DNA of 64,000 nt from Candidatus Latescibacterota bacterium (GTDB lineage: Bacteria > Latescibacterota > UBA2968 > UBA8231), in the NCBI GenBank assembly GCA_965223905.1, contig CBDCXV010000009.1:608001-672000 (forward strand), written 5' to 3'. Positions 32,929-42,917 of this stretch are shown one piece after another. Under the pieces are notes generated by a model. That model ran no database searches, was not told the DNA's origin, and saw only the letters and a list, made by a program, of their open reading frames with translations. Positions within the stretch are counted from its first letter, which is position 1. Each line of letters starts with the position of its first letter. The position numbers and the translations under genes are program-made.

Positions 32929-35900
32929 ATGCTAGTTGACAATAAAACAAATCGCGTGACACCGCTTCGCGTCCGTGGCGGATGCGCGGCCATCGTCTCC
33001 TTGATGGCCCTGCTCGGCACCGCTTCCTCCTGGGCTCAAACTGGCTTGAGTCCGTCATTCGGGGATGGGGACATTCCCGACCAAGTCTGGATCGCAGACT
33101 CGGCGATCGAGCCTGTGCCGCTGCCCGAGGCTTCGGGAGGGGACGGCGAGTTGGAATATACAGTGTCTCCAGAGCTTCCGGAGGGCTTGGTGTTTGAGGA
33201 AGTCACGAGGACTCTGTCGGGTACACCGACGACCCCCCAAGCCGAAGCCGAGTACGCATTGTTTGCTACCGACGCCGACGGCGATGCGGCCACCCTCTTC
33301 TTTTTTATTGAGGTAATCGAAGATTTAATGCCGAGCTTCGCCGAAGAAGTAGGGGATCAGATTTGGACGAAAAACCAGGAGATCGAGCCGTTAGTGCTGC
33401 CGATGGCGGAGGGCGGCAACCGCGAGTTGGAATATACGCTGGAGGGAGAGCTGCCCGAGGGGCTGGAATTCGATGCGGTCACCCGGACGATTTCTGGAAC
33501 CCCTGCGGTTTCCCAGGCCCCAACCGAGTACACTTGGACAGCCACCGACGCTGACGGAGACGCGGTTGAAATACGCTTCTTTGTTTTCGGGTCGGTTTCG
33601 GAGGATCTGGTGCCGAACTTCGCCGAAGGTATCGCAGATCAGATCTACGTCGAAGGTTCGCCGATTGAGCCTCTGTCGTTGCCAGTGGCCACGGGTGGCA
33701 CCGGCGAGTTGGAATATACGCTGGAGGGAGAGCTGCCCGAGGGGCTGGAATTCGATGCAGTCACCCGGACGATTTCCGGCATCCCTGCTGGCCTCCAGGC
33801 CCCAGCCGAGTACACATGGACAGCCACCGACGCCAACGGCGACGCGGTGGATCTGGTTTTCTCCCTGATGGTGGAAGAAGACGTAAATCCCGAGTTCACC
33901 GAAGAGGTGCAGAATCAGACCTGGATCCAGGACTCGGAGATTGCGGTGCTGGATTTGCCGGGTGCGGAGGGGGGTAACGGGCCCTATGTCTATTCGATAT
34001 CTCCTGAGCTTCCGACAGGGCTGACCTTTTGGGCGGGCGACCAGACGATTTTGGGCACGCCCACGGTGGCCCAGGAACGGACCATCTATGTGTACCGGGC
34101 GGTTGACGCCGACGGGGACGCGGTGGAACTGACTTTCTCACTGGCGGTGCTTGAGGACCTTTTGCCGAGCTTCGCCGAAGGTGTGGGGGGGCAGATCTGG
34201 ACGGAAGATTCCGCGGTGGAGACGCTGGTTCTGCCAGAAGGTTCGGGCGGAAACGGCGAGTTGACCTACGAGCTCTCTCCGGAATTGGCACGGGGATTGG
34301 CTTTCGATACGGAGACGCGGACGATTTCGGGAACGCCGGTGGTACCCAAGGAACGGACCCGCTACGTGTACCGGGCGGTTGACGTCGACGGCGACGCCGC
34401 GGAGTTGACCTTCTCGGTGATGGTGCTGAAGGACCTGATGCCGAGTTTCGGCGAAGCGGTGCAGAACCAGACCTGGATCCAGGACTCGGAGATTGCGGCG
34501 TTTGATTTACCGGGTGCGGAAGGGGGTAACGGGGCCATTTCCTATTCGATAACTCCCGAACTTCCGGCGGGCCTGGTCTTTCAGGCGGGCGACCAGACGG
34601 TTTTTGGAACGCCGACGGAGGCCCAGGAACGGACACTCTATGTGTACGGGGCGGTTGACGCCGACGGCGACGCTGTGGAACTGACCTTCTCGCTGGCGGT
34701 GTTGGAAGACCTGATGCCGAGCTTCGCCGAGAGCGTGGAGGCTCAGACCTGGACGGAAGATTCGCTGGTCGAGCCGCTGGAGTTGCCCGCTGCGGAAGGG
34801 GGAAACGGCCCCCTGTCTTACTCGCTGTCTCCGGAGCTTCCGGCTGAGATGGCATTCAATGCGAAGACGCGGACGATTTCAGGGAGGCCGACGGATCCCC
34901 ATGCCGAAACCGAGTACACATTGACGGCCACCGACGCCGACGGCGACCCGGTGGGTTTGGTCTATTCGGTGACGGTGATAGAGGACCTGATGCCGAGTTT
35001 CTCCGAAACGGTGATGAATCAGACCTGGACGCAGGATTCGGCGGTTGAGCTGGTGGTGCCGGAAGCTTCCGGGGGCAACGGCGCGTCGAGGTACACGGTG
35101 ACCCCCGAGTTGCCGACAGGGGTGACATTTGACGAGGGCACCCGGACGATATCGGGCACTCCGTCGACGCCGCAGGATCTGACGCGCTACGTGTTTCGGG
35201 CGATTGACGAGGACGGAGACGTGGCCGGATTTGCGATCTGGCTGAAGGTGCTGGAAGACCTGATGCCGGAATTCCCGGCGAGTGCGGAGGATCAGGTCTG
35301 GACGCAGGATTCGCCGGTTACGCTGGAGCTTCCGGCGGCTGAGGGGGGCAACGGCGCCCTGGTCTACACGCTGTCTCCGGAGCTTCCGGACGGGTTGATG
35401 TTCGAGGGGCCGCGTCAGCGGATCCGGGGCACGCCGACGACACCCCAGGCCGAGACCGAATACACGTTGACGGCGACGGATGAGGACGGCGACCCGGTGG
35501 ATCTGACTTTCTCGCTGACGGTAATAGAGGATCTGATGCCGAGCTTCGCCGAAGGGGTGAGGAATCAGACCTGGACGCAGGGTTCGGAGATCGAGCCGAT
35601 AGTGCTGCCGGAAGCTTCCGGAGGCAACGGCGCGTTGAGGTATACCCTGCTCCCTGAGTTGCCGGAAGGGGTGACGTTGGACGAGGGGTCGCGGACGATA
35701 TCGGGCACCCCTACGAGCCCGCAGGATCTGACGCGCTACGTGTATCGGGCGATCGACGAGGACGGAGACGTGGTGGGGTTCGCTTTTTCCCTGAAGGTGC
35801 TGGAAGACCTGATGCCGGGTTTTTCGGCGAGCGCGGAGGATCAGGTCTGGACGCAGGATTCGTCGATTGGGACGCTGGAGCTTCCGGTGGCGGAAGGGGG

Positions 35901-38900
35901 CAACGGCGCCTTGGTCTACACGCTGTCTCCAGAGCTTCCGGAGGGCCTGACGTTCGAGGGGCCGCGTCAGAGGATCCGGGGCACGCCGACGACACCCCAG
36001 GCCGAGACCGAATACACATTGACGGCGACGGATGAGGACGGCGACGCGGCGGACCTGACCTTCTCGCTGACGGTGATAGAGGACCTGATGGCGAGTTTCG
36101 CGGAAGGGGTGCGTAATCAGACCTGGACGCAGGATTCGGAGATCGAGCCGAAAGTGATGCCGGAGGCATCGGGGGGGAACGGGGCGTTGAGGTATACGCT
36201 GCTCCCTGAGTTGCCGGCGGGGGTTTCGCTGGACGAGGGATCGCGGACGATATCGGGCACCCCGACGGCGCCGCAGGATCTGACGCGCTACGTGTATCGG
36301 GCGATTGACGAGGACGGGGACGTGGTGGGGTTTGCGTTTTCTGTGAAAGTGATAGAGGACCTGATGCCGGGTTTTTCGGCGAGCGTGGAAGACCAGGTCT
36401 GGACGCAGGATTCGTCGATCGGGACGCTGGAGCTTCCGGTGGCGGAAGGAGGCAACGGCGCCCTGGCTTACACCCTGTCACCGGATCTGCCGGAGGGTCT
36501 GACGTTCGAGGGTTCGAGGCAGAGGATCCGGGGGACGCCGACGGTGCCGATGGATCAGACGACCTTCACTTACACTGCTACGGATGCGGACGGCGACGCG
36601 GCGGAGCTGACCTTCTCGCTGACGGTGCTGGAAGACTTGATGCCGAGTTTCGCGGAAGGGGTGCGGGATCAGACCTGGACGCAGGATTCGGAGATCGAGC
36701 CGATTGTGCTGCCGGAGGCATCGGGGGGCAATGGCGCTTTGAGGTACACATTGGAGCCTGAGTTGCCGGCAGGAGTGACCCTGGACGAGGGATCGCGGAC
36801 GATATCGGGCACCCCGACGACGCCGCAGGATCTGACGCGCTACGTGTATCGGGCGATTGACGAGGATGGGGACGTGGTGGGGTTTGCGTTTTCCGTGAAA
36901 GTGATAGAGGACCTGATGCCGGGTTTTTCGGCGAGCGTGGAGGACCGGGTCTGGACGCAGGATTCGTCGAGTGGGACGCTGGAGCTTCCGGTGGCGGAAG
37001 GAGGCAACGGCGCCTTGGCTTACACGCTGTCACCGGAGCTACCGGACGGTCTGATGTTCGAGGGTCCTCGTCAGCGGATCCGGGGGACGCCGACGGTGCC
37101 GATGGATCAGACGACCTTTACCTACACGGCTACGGATGAGGACGGCGACGCGGTGGAGCTGACCTTCGCGCTGACGGTGATCGAGGACCTGATGCCGGGC
37201 TTCGCCGAAGGGGTGAGGGATCAGACCTGGACGCAAAACTCGGAGATCGAGCCGAAAGTGCTTCCGGAGGCATCGGGCGGCAACGGGGAGTTGAGGTACA
37301 CCTTGACCCCCGAGTTGCCGGAAGGGGTGACGTTGGACGAGGGATCGCGGACGATATCTGGTACTCCGGCGAGCCCGCAGGATCTGACGCGCTACGTGTA
37401 TCGGGCGATTGACGAGGACGGAGACGTGGTGGGGTTTGCGTTTTCAGTGAAGGTGCTGGAAGACCTGATGCCGGGTTTTTCGGCGAGCGTGGAGGATCAG
37501 GTCTGGACGCAGGATTCGTCGATCGGGACGCTGGAGCTTCCGGTTGCGGAAGGGGGCAACGGCGTTCTGGTGTATACACTGTCTCCGGAGCTACCGGACG
37601 GTCTGATGTTCGAGGGTCCTCGTCAGCGGATCCGGGGGACGCCGACGGTGCCGATGGATCAGACGACCTTTACCTACACGGCTACGGATGAGGACGGCGA
37701 CGCGGTGGAGCTGACCTTCGCGCTGACGGTGATCGAGGACCTGATGCCGGGCTTCGCCGAAGGGGTGAGGGATCAGACCTGGACGCAGAACTCGGAGATC
37801 GAGCCGATAGTGCTGCCGCAGGCTTCGGGCGGCAACGGGGAGTTGAGGTACACGTTGACGCCTGAGTTGCCGGCAGGGGTATCGCTGGACGAGGGGTCGC
37901 GGACGATATCAGGTACCCCGACGACGCCGCACGAGCGGACCCGCTACGTGTATCGGGCGATTGACGAGGATGGCGACGTCGCCGGGGTTGCCTTCTCGCT
38001 GGCGGTTGCGGAGGACCTGACTCCGGAGTTCACCGAAAGCGTGGAGGACCGGAATTACATCACCGATGTGGCGATTGCCGCGTGGGTGCTGCCGAAGGCC
38101 ACAAGCGGAAACGGCGCCTTGGTGTACACGCTGACGCCTGATTTGCCGGTTGGGCTGTCGTTCGACCCGCCGTCGCGGAAGATAACGGGCACCCCGACCG
38201 TGGCCCAGGAGCGCACGGAATACACCTATACCGCCACTGATGCCGACGGGGACACAGGTTCGTTGACCTTCGGGCTGACCATAACCCTGGCGAAGCCGAC
38301 GGCGCTGAATCTACTGCCTTCTCTCGAGCTGCTGGCAGGCGGAAATGCGGTCAGTGTCGATGTAGACGGGCTGTTCAGCGGTCAGGAACTGGTCTACCAG
38401 TTCGAGTCGAGCGACACCGAGGTCGCCTCCGTGGAGTCCGACGGGGCCTCTGCCGAGGTGACACCGAACCGTGAAGGTTTTACCAGGGTCACGGTAACGG
38501 CGACCAATTCGAGCGGTTCGGCGGATATCAAGTTTTCCGTCACTGTAAGTACCGCCCCGGAAGAGCGCGCCGTGCTCAATGACGTCCTCGCCGGTCTGGC
38601 TCGGGCACGGCTGAGCAGTCTGACTGGGGTGATCGGCCGCCGCTTCGAGGCCGGAGCGGCGTCATCCATGAGCTCTTCCCAGGCCTCCAGGTACGAGGCT
38701 CGCCGCGGGGCTCAGTGGTTCGACAATCTGGACGCGGCCCTGGATGGCTCCGGCGATTTTGGCAGCTTTGGCGGTCCCGGGGATTCCCACCGGAAGCCGA
38801 CCTCCAAACTGTGGGGCCGAACCTTTGCGGTGGCGCTCAACAGCGGAGAGGGTGGAAACAGCGGCGAGTGGACCGGGGCCATGAGTGACCAGTCCATGTC

Positions 38901-40053
38901 CGAGCCGTCATCCAAGATGCGCTGGAGCCTGTGGGGTGCCGGCGATCAGCAGGCCTTCAGTGGCGGCGAGTCCAACTCGTACGAGGGCGATCTGCGCTCG
39001 GTGTACCTGGGCCTGGATGGCGAATTCGGAAAGAGCTGGCTGGGCGGCAGTCGCTGGCTGACCGGTGTCTCGGTGGCCAGCAGCAGCGGAGAGGCGGAGT
39101 ACGATTTCACCGATTCCGACATGAGTGGCAGCGGTATCTTCACGACGAGTCTGACGAGCGTCTATCCGTACATGCGAGGTGCGCTGGCTTCCGGTCTGGA
39201 GCTGTGGTCCATCGCCGGGGTAGGTTCGGGTGAAGTAACAAACGAACGCGCCCATCTGGGCGGCACGACGGACGAGGGAGACCTCACCATGGGGCTGCTG
39301 ATGTTGGGTATGCGCAAACCATTGACTGGCATGGAGACTCGACTGACCCTGTTGGGAGATGCTGCGCAGGAGTGGCTTTCCGCCAACGGCACCGGTTCCC
39401 TGTCCTATAATCCGGTGTCGTCGGTGCAGCGCGCCCGAATGGGCGTGGAGCTGGCGCGTCGTATGGCGGGCGGTCTGGAGCCGTTCGGCGAGCTGAGCGG
39501 CCGTTACGACGGCGGTGACGGGGACGCAGGATCCGGCGTCGAGGTGGCGGCCGGTTCGCGCTACCGCAGCGCCCGCCTCGACATTGAGGCGCGGGGCCGC
39601 ATGCTGGCCATGCACTCGGCTTCGGGCTACAAGGAAACCGGCTTCGGAGCGCGCATCCGGGTGCGGTCGCACGCGGATGGCACCGGGATGTCGATGTCGC
39701 TGTCGCCGCGCTGGGGCAGGGCCGAAGGAAGCGGCTCCTTGTGGAGGGATCAGGCCCTTCAACTGAGGAACGGGGCAGCTGGCGCTTCCAGGCTTCGAGC
39801 TCCGACGCTTGGTGGCGGTATCGGTTATGGCCTCGCTGCAGCGCGGGGTGTAATGACCCCGGCGCTGGAGATGGACCGCAACGAATATGGCCGTACGCGG
39901 CTGCGGCTGGCGCTGGGTTACACTCCAGCTCCGGCTTTGATGCGAGCCTTCGACATGCATGGTGCGATGCTGGACCTCGGCATCAGCCGGGCGGAAGGCC
40001 TCGGCTCCGATCCGGAGCACGAGATCCGCATGAGGGGCCGGCTGCGGTTATGA
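32929..40053 (+). CDS. Giant surface adhesin: 19 putative-Ig (He_PIG/cadherin-like) repeats, one further Ig-like domain and an autotransporter-like beta-barrel
   Basis: Signal peptide ending ASSWAQ; ~92-aa repeats LPxAxGGNG..Y...LPxG...ISGTP...Y..A.D.DGD; C-terminal barrel strands; GGAAAGG before the ATG at 32929. Confidence 0.88.
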   Translation: MLVDNKTNRVTPLRVRGGCAAIVSLMALLGTASSWAQTGLSPSFGDGDIPDQVWIADSAIEPVPLPEASGGDGELEYTVSPELPEGLVFEEVTRTLSGTPTTPQAEAEYALFATDADGDAATLFFFIEVIEDLMPSFAEEVGDQIWTKNQEIEPLVLPMAEGGNRELEYTLEGELPEGLEFDAVTRTISGTPAVSQAPTEYTWTATDADGDAVEIRFFVFGSVSEDLVPNFAEGIADQIYVEGSPIEPLSLPVATGGTGELEYTLEGELPEGLEFDAVTRTISGIPAGLQAPAEYTWTATDANGDAVDLVFSLMVEEDVNPEFTEEVQNQTWIQDSEIAVLDLPGAEGGNGPYVYSISPELPTGLTFWAGDQTILGTPTVAQERTIYVYRAVDADGDAVELTFSLAVLEDLLPSFAEGVGGQIWTEDSAVETLVLPEGSGGNGELTYELSPELARGLAFDTETRTISGTPVVPKERTRYVYRAVDVDGDAAELTFSVMVLKDLMPSFGEAVQNQTWIQDSEIAAFDLPGAEGGNGAISYSITPELPAGLVFQAGDQTVFGTPTEAQERTLYVYGAVDADGDAVELTFSLAVLEDLMPSFAESVEAQTWTEDSLVEPLELPAAEGGNGPLSYSLSPELPAEMAFNAKTRTISGRPTDPHAETEYTLTATDADGDPVGLVYSVTVIEDLMPSFSETVMNQTWTQDSAVELVVPEASGGNGASRYTVTPELPTGVTFDEGTRTISGTPSTPQDLTRYVFRAIDEDGDVAGFAIWLKVLEDLMPEFPASAEDQVWTQDSPVTLELPAAEGGNGALVYTLSPELPDGLMFEGPRQRIRGTPTTPQAETEYTLTATDEDGDPVDLTFSLTVIEDLMPSFAEGVRNQTWTQGSEIEPIVLPEASGGNGALRYTLLPELPEGVTLDEGSRTISGTPTSPQDLTRYVYRAIDEDGDVVGFAFSLKVLEDLMPGFSASAEDQVWTQDSSIGTLELPVAEGGNGALVYTLSPELPEGLTFEGPRQRIRGTPTTPQAETEYTLTATDEDGDAADLTFSLTVIEDLMASFAEGVRNQTWTQDSEIEPKVMPEASGGNGALRYTLLPELPAGVSLDEGSRTISGTPTAPQDLTRYVYRAIDEDGDVVGFAFSVKVIEDLMPGFSASVEDQVWTQDSSIGTLELPVAEGGNGALAYTLSPDLPEGLTFEGSRQRIRGTPTVPMDQTTFTYTATDADGDAAELTFSLTVLEDLMPSFAEGVRDQTWTQDSEIEPIVLPEASGGNGALRYTLEPELPAGVTLDEGSRTISGTPTTPQDLTRYVYRAIDEDGDVVGFAFSVKVIEDLMPGFSASVEDRVWTQDSSSGTLELPVAEGGNGALAYTLSPELPDGLMFEGPRQRIRGTPTVPMDQTTFTYTATDEDGDAVELTFALTVIEDLMPGFAEGVRDQTWTQNSEIEPKVLPEASGGNGELRYTLTPELPEGVTLDEGSRTISGTPASPQDLTRYVYRAIDEDGDVVGFAFSVKVLEDLMPGFSASVEDQVWTQDSSIGTLELPVAEGGNGVLVYTLSPELPDGLMFEGPRQRIRGTPTVPMDQTTFTYTATDEDGDAVELTFALTVIEDLMPGFAEGVRDQTWTQNSEIEPIVLPQASGGNGELRYTLTPELPAGVSLDEGSRTISGTPTTPHERTRYVYRAIDEDGDVAGVAFSLAVAEDLTPEFTESVEDRNYITDVAIAAWVLPKATSGNGALVYTLTPDLPVGLSFDPPSRKITGTPTVAQERTEYTYTATDADGDTGSLTFGLTITLAKPTALNLLPSLELLAGGNAVSVDVDGLFSGQELVYQFESSDTEVASVESDGASAEVTPNREGFTRVTVTATNSSGSADIKFSVTVSTAPEERAVLNDVLAGLARARLSSLTGVIGRRFEAGAASSMSSSQASRYEARRGAQWFDNLDAALDGSGDFGSFGGPGDSHRKPTSKLWGRTFAVALNSGEGGNSGEWTGAMSDQSMSEPSSKMRWSLWGAGDQQAFSGGESNSYEGDLRSVYLGLDGEFGKSWLGGSRWLTGVSVASSSGEAEYDFTDSDMSGSGIFTTSLTSVYPYMRGALASGLELWSIAGVGSGEVTNERAHLGGTTDEGDLTMGLLMLGMRKPLTGMETRLTLLGDAAQEWLSANGTGSLSYNPVSSVQRARMGVELARRMAGGLEPFGELSGRYDGGDGDAGSGVEVAAGSRYRSARLDIEARGRMLAMHSASGYKETGFGARIRVRSHADGTGMSMSLSPRWGRAEGSGSLWRDQALQLRNGAAGASRLRAPTLGGGIGYGLAAARGVMTPALEMDRNEYGRTRLRLALGYTPAPALMRAFDMHGAMLDLGISRAEGLGSDPEHEIRMRGRLRL
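33052..38290 (+). repeat. Intragenic tandem array of 19 x ~276 bp; repeats 8-18 alternate A/B with ~552-bp period
   Basis: Near-identical ~200-bp blocks at 37033 and 37585. Confidence 0.92.
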
Positions 40054-40079
40054 GCTGACCGGGCCTTTCAGTCGAATCG

Positions 40080-40113
40080 AAACCCGCGCGGAAGTGATTC
40101 CGCGCGGGTTTTT
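40080..40113 (+). terminator. Intrinsic terminator after the adhesin gene
   Basis: aaacccgcgcggaa-gtga-ttccgcgcgggttttt. Confidence 0.88.
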
Positions 40114-40311
40114 CAATCTGGTTCCCGATCCTCGGTGAACGCCTTCACTTGGCTCCACTCTTCCAGGAATGGGACCCATCGAGGACCCGTATGCAGCGGT
40201 GGGCCGGGTCTGAAATTTCCCCGGAGATACCTTGGTCGACATAACCTGAGGGCCAGGCAACATTGGGCCACCACCGGTTGCCAGTCACGCGTCCCAGCAA
40301 AGGAGGTTCCA

Positions 40312-40782
40312 TTGATCGATCGGGAGCACACCCTGTCCCGGCCGCGGGCAGCCGGAATTCTCGCCTGCGGCCTGGTTTTCCTCGCAGTCGGCGTCGATGC
40401 CCGCAGCAGTCGGGTTGCCCAGATTCCCAACGGTGGCGAAAACGGCTGCGCCAACTGCCACGTTAACTCGTCCGGCGGGGGAGCCCGCAATTCTTTCGGG
40501 GAGATGATCGATATTGGCTTCCTTACCGAGGCTGGTCCTTCGGGTTCGGTCATCTGGGGTCCCGAGCTCGCCGGGCTCGACGCCGACGAAGACGGCTTCA
40601 CCAACGGCGAAGAGCTCGGAGATCCGGAGGGGACCTGGATCTCCGGCGACGATCCCCCGGGAGACCCGGAAGCGGTAACCAATCCCGCGGATCCAGACAG
40701 CCACCCACCGGAACCGGAAGCGACTGCAGTCGCGGCGTCGACGTGGGGCCGGATCAAGGGCATCCTGCAACTGCGACGGTAA
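40312..40782 (+). CDS. Small secreted temptin-like protein with CxxCH and a C-terminal TWGxIK motif
   Basis: AGGAGG RBS before TTG; signal peptide; IPNG..CANCH..GGGARNSFG...W...DADEDGFTNGEELGDP..W; ends TAVAASTWGRIKGIL. Confidence 0.75.
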   Translation: MIDREHTLSRPRAAGILACGLVFLAVGVDARSSRVAQIPNGGENGCANCHVNSSGGGARNSFGEMIDIGFLTEAGPSGSVIWGPELAGLDADEDGFTNGEELGDPEGTWISGDDPPGDPEAVTNPADPDSHPPEPEATAVAASTWGRIKGILQLRR

Positions 40783-40858
40783 GTGTCGCCCGCCTCGAAG
40801 CGGTTGAAAAGCTGCCTGTTGCGAGGGGAGATGGCGACGGCCACCGCCCCGAAACGCC

Positions 40859-40887
40859 TTGACAGGCGAGATTCCGGCCGTGATTCT
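40859..40887 (+). promoter_or_regulatory. Candidate sigma70 promoter
   Basis: TTGACA-17 bp-GATTCT upstream of the Tm-1-like gene. Confidence 0.4.
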
Positions 40888-40997
40888 CCTGCCTTCCGGC
40901 AGGGCTGAAATAGCGGCGATTCAACGCTGCTTCAATCGGTCCCAGGTCGGTCCTCGCTGATGGTCCATTCCTTCTGCCAGCAACCGGAGAAACGCGG

Positions 40998-42230
40998 ATG
41001 AGCAAGACAATCCTGCTGATAGGAGCATTCGACACCAAGGGAACGGACTACGATTTCGTCCGCTCCGAGATTACCGGACGGGGGCACTCCGTACTGACGG
41101 TGAACTGCGGCGTGCTCGGGAGCACCGATCTGTTCCCCGTCGATGTCGAGGCCTCCGAGGTCGCCAGTGCCGGGGGGGGCAGCCTCGTGGAGCTGCGCGC
41201 AAGCCAGGACCGCGGCGCGGCGATGAAGGTCATGACCGCAGGGGCCGGAGTCATCGCCGCAAGACTGCATGCGGAGGGCCGCTTCGACGGCGTCATCGGG
41301 TTGGGAGGGAGCGGCGGCAGCACGGTGGTCACCTCGGCAATGCGCGCCCTGCCGCTCGGTGTCCCCAAGCTCTGCGTCTCGACCGTGGCTTCGGGGGACA
41401 CGTCGGCGTACGTCGGGCTCAAGGACGTAACCCTGATGCCGTCGGTCGTAGACGTCGCCGGGCTCAACCGCGTCTCGCGGATCATTTATGCGCGCGCCGC
41501 GGGAGCGATCTGCGGTATGGTCGAGGCGGAGCCGGAAACAGGAGGAGGCCGCGACAGGCCGGTGGTCGCCGCGTCGATGTTCGGCAACACCACCGAATGC
41601 GTCGAAGCGTGCGTCGAGGCGCTTTCCGACCACGGCTACGAGGTTCTGGTTTTCCACGCCACGGGAACCGGCGGGAAAACGATGGAAGCTCTCGTCGACG
41701 AGGGGCTCGTCGATGCCGTGCTCGACGTCACGACAACCGAATGGGCCGATACGGTATGCGGCGGGTTTTTCGACGCCGGTGAGGGTCGCCTGTCGGCCCC
41801 GGGCCGCCGCGGCATACCGCATCTGATCGTACCCGGATGTGTCGACATGGCCAACTTCCACGGCATCGAGACGGTGCCCCGACACTACCGGGATGCCGGC
41901 CGGACACTGTACGAGTGGAACCCATCGGTGACCTTGCTGCGCACGAATGTCGAGGAAAACCGGCGCATGGGGGCCGCCTTTGCAGAGAAGGCGAACCAGG
42001 CGCAGGGCCCGGTTGCCTTCCTGTTGCCATTGAAGGGAGTGTCGATTCTGGACGGAGAAGGGCAGCCGTTCTGTGATCGGGAGGCGGATTTCGCCATGTT
42101 CGAGGCGATCAGGTCCGGGCTCAGGGAGGACATCCCCGTTTACGAGATCGATTCAAACATCAACGACCCCGAATTCTCCGCTCGCGCCGTAGAGCTGATG
42201 CTCGAGTTGATATCGCGGAACCGGGATTGA
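40998..42230 (+). CDS. Tm-1-like ATP-binding domain protein (UPF0261)
   Basis: GAFDTKG, GLGGSGGS, LPLGVPKL, SVVDVAGLN, SMFGNTT, FHATGTGG, DVTTTEWAD, NINDPEF. Confidence 0.92.
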   Translation: MSKTILLIGAFDTKGTDYDFVRSEITGRGHSVLTVNCGVLGSTDLFPVDVEASEVASAGGGSLVELRASQDRGAAMKVMTAGAGVIAARLHAEGRFDGVIGLGGSGGSTVVTSAMRALPLGVPKLCVSTVASGDTSAYVGLKDVTLMPSVVDVAGLNRVSRIIYARAAGAICGMVEAEPETGGGRDRPVVAASMFGNTTECVEACVEALSDHGYEVLVFHATGTGGKTMEALVDEGLVDAVLDVTTTEWADTVCGGFFDAGEGRLSAPGRRGIPHLIVPGCVDMANFHGIETVPRHYRDAGRTLYEWNPSVTLLRTNVEENRRMGAAFAEKANQAQGPVAFLLPLKGVSILDGEGQPFCDREADFAMFEAIRSGLREDIPVYEIDSNINDPEFSARAVELMLELISRNRD

Positions 42231-42489
42231 TACAGGGATTGATACAGGGAACAACGCCGAAACGTTATAAGAGGGCGTATTGCATCCTCCCCGATTTCCC
42301 GAAAGCGCCTGGAGACACCTTACCCGAGCTTTGGATTCTACTTGGCAGGCGGAATCTGGCAGCGCTCGGTTCGGGGTCATGGGACATTCCACGCTTCGCC
42401 ACGTACTAATCATGTTGGGGACGGGGGGATGAAGGAGTCTTTGACTTCGGGAACACCGCCACGGGGATCAGGAAGTCCGGAGAGAATCC

Positions 42490-42912
42490 ATGTCCAGAAA
42501 ACTGACTTTCGTCCAGCCTGACGATGTCGAGACCCAGGTCTTCGACTGGGGCAGGCTATCCTGGCTGTCGGAGCCGAACGTCACCGCTGCCGAACGCTTC
42601 AGTGCCGGCGTCGTCAGGCTCGAGCCCGGCAAGGGGCACGAACGCCACAACCATCCGTACAGCGAGGAGATCCTCTACGTGATTTGCGGCACCGGCCTGC
42701 AGACGGTCGAGCTGCCCGAAGGCAAGGTGGAGGAAGAGATCGGCCCCGGAACCCTGGTCCACATCCCGACGGCGCTGTACCACTCGACCATCAACAGCGG
42801 CGAGGATACCTTGGAGATGATTGCCATCTACGCCCCCTTCGGGCCGGAGGCGGAGCTGCGCCGCCTGGATGGAGTGGCACTGGAACCCTCGCGGCGATTG
42901 CGACAGGAGTAA
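42490..42912 (+). CDS. Cupin domain protein
   Basis: GHERHNHPYSEEILYV and IPTALYHSTIN metal-binding motifs. Confidence 0.9.
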   Translation: MSRKLTFVQPDDVETQVFDWGRLSWLSEPNVTAAERFSAGVVRLEPGKGHERHNHPYSEEILYVICGTGLQTVELPEGKVEEEIGPGTLVHIPTALYHSTINSGEDTLEMIAIYAPFGPEAELRRLDGVALEPSRRLRQE

Positions 42913-42917
42913 ATGCA

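Noticed and set aside
33052-38290. Long repeats as a CRISPR array or DGR template/variable repeats
   Set aside because: They are in-frame protein domain repeats with no spacers, no cas or reverse transcriptase gene, and no evident adenine-specific variation
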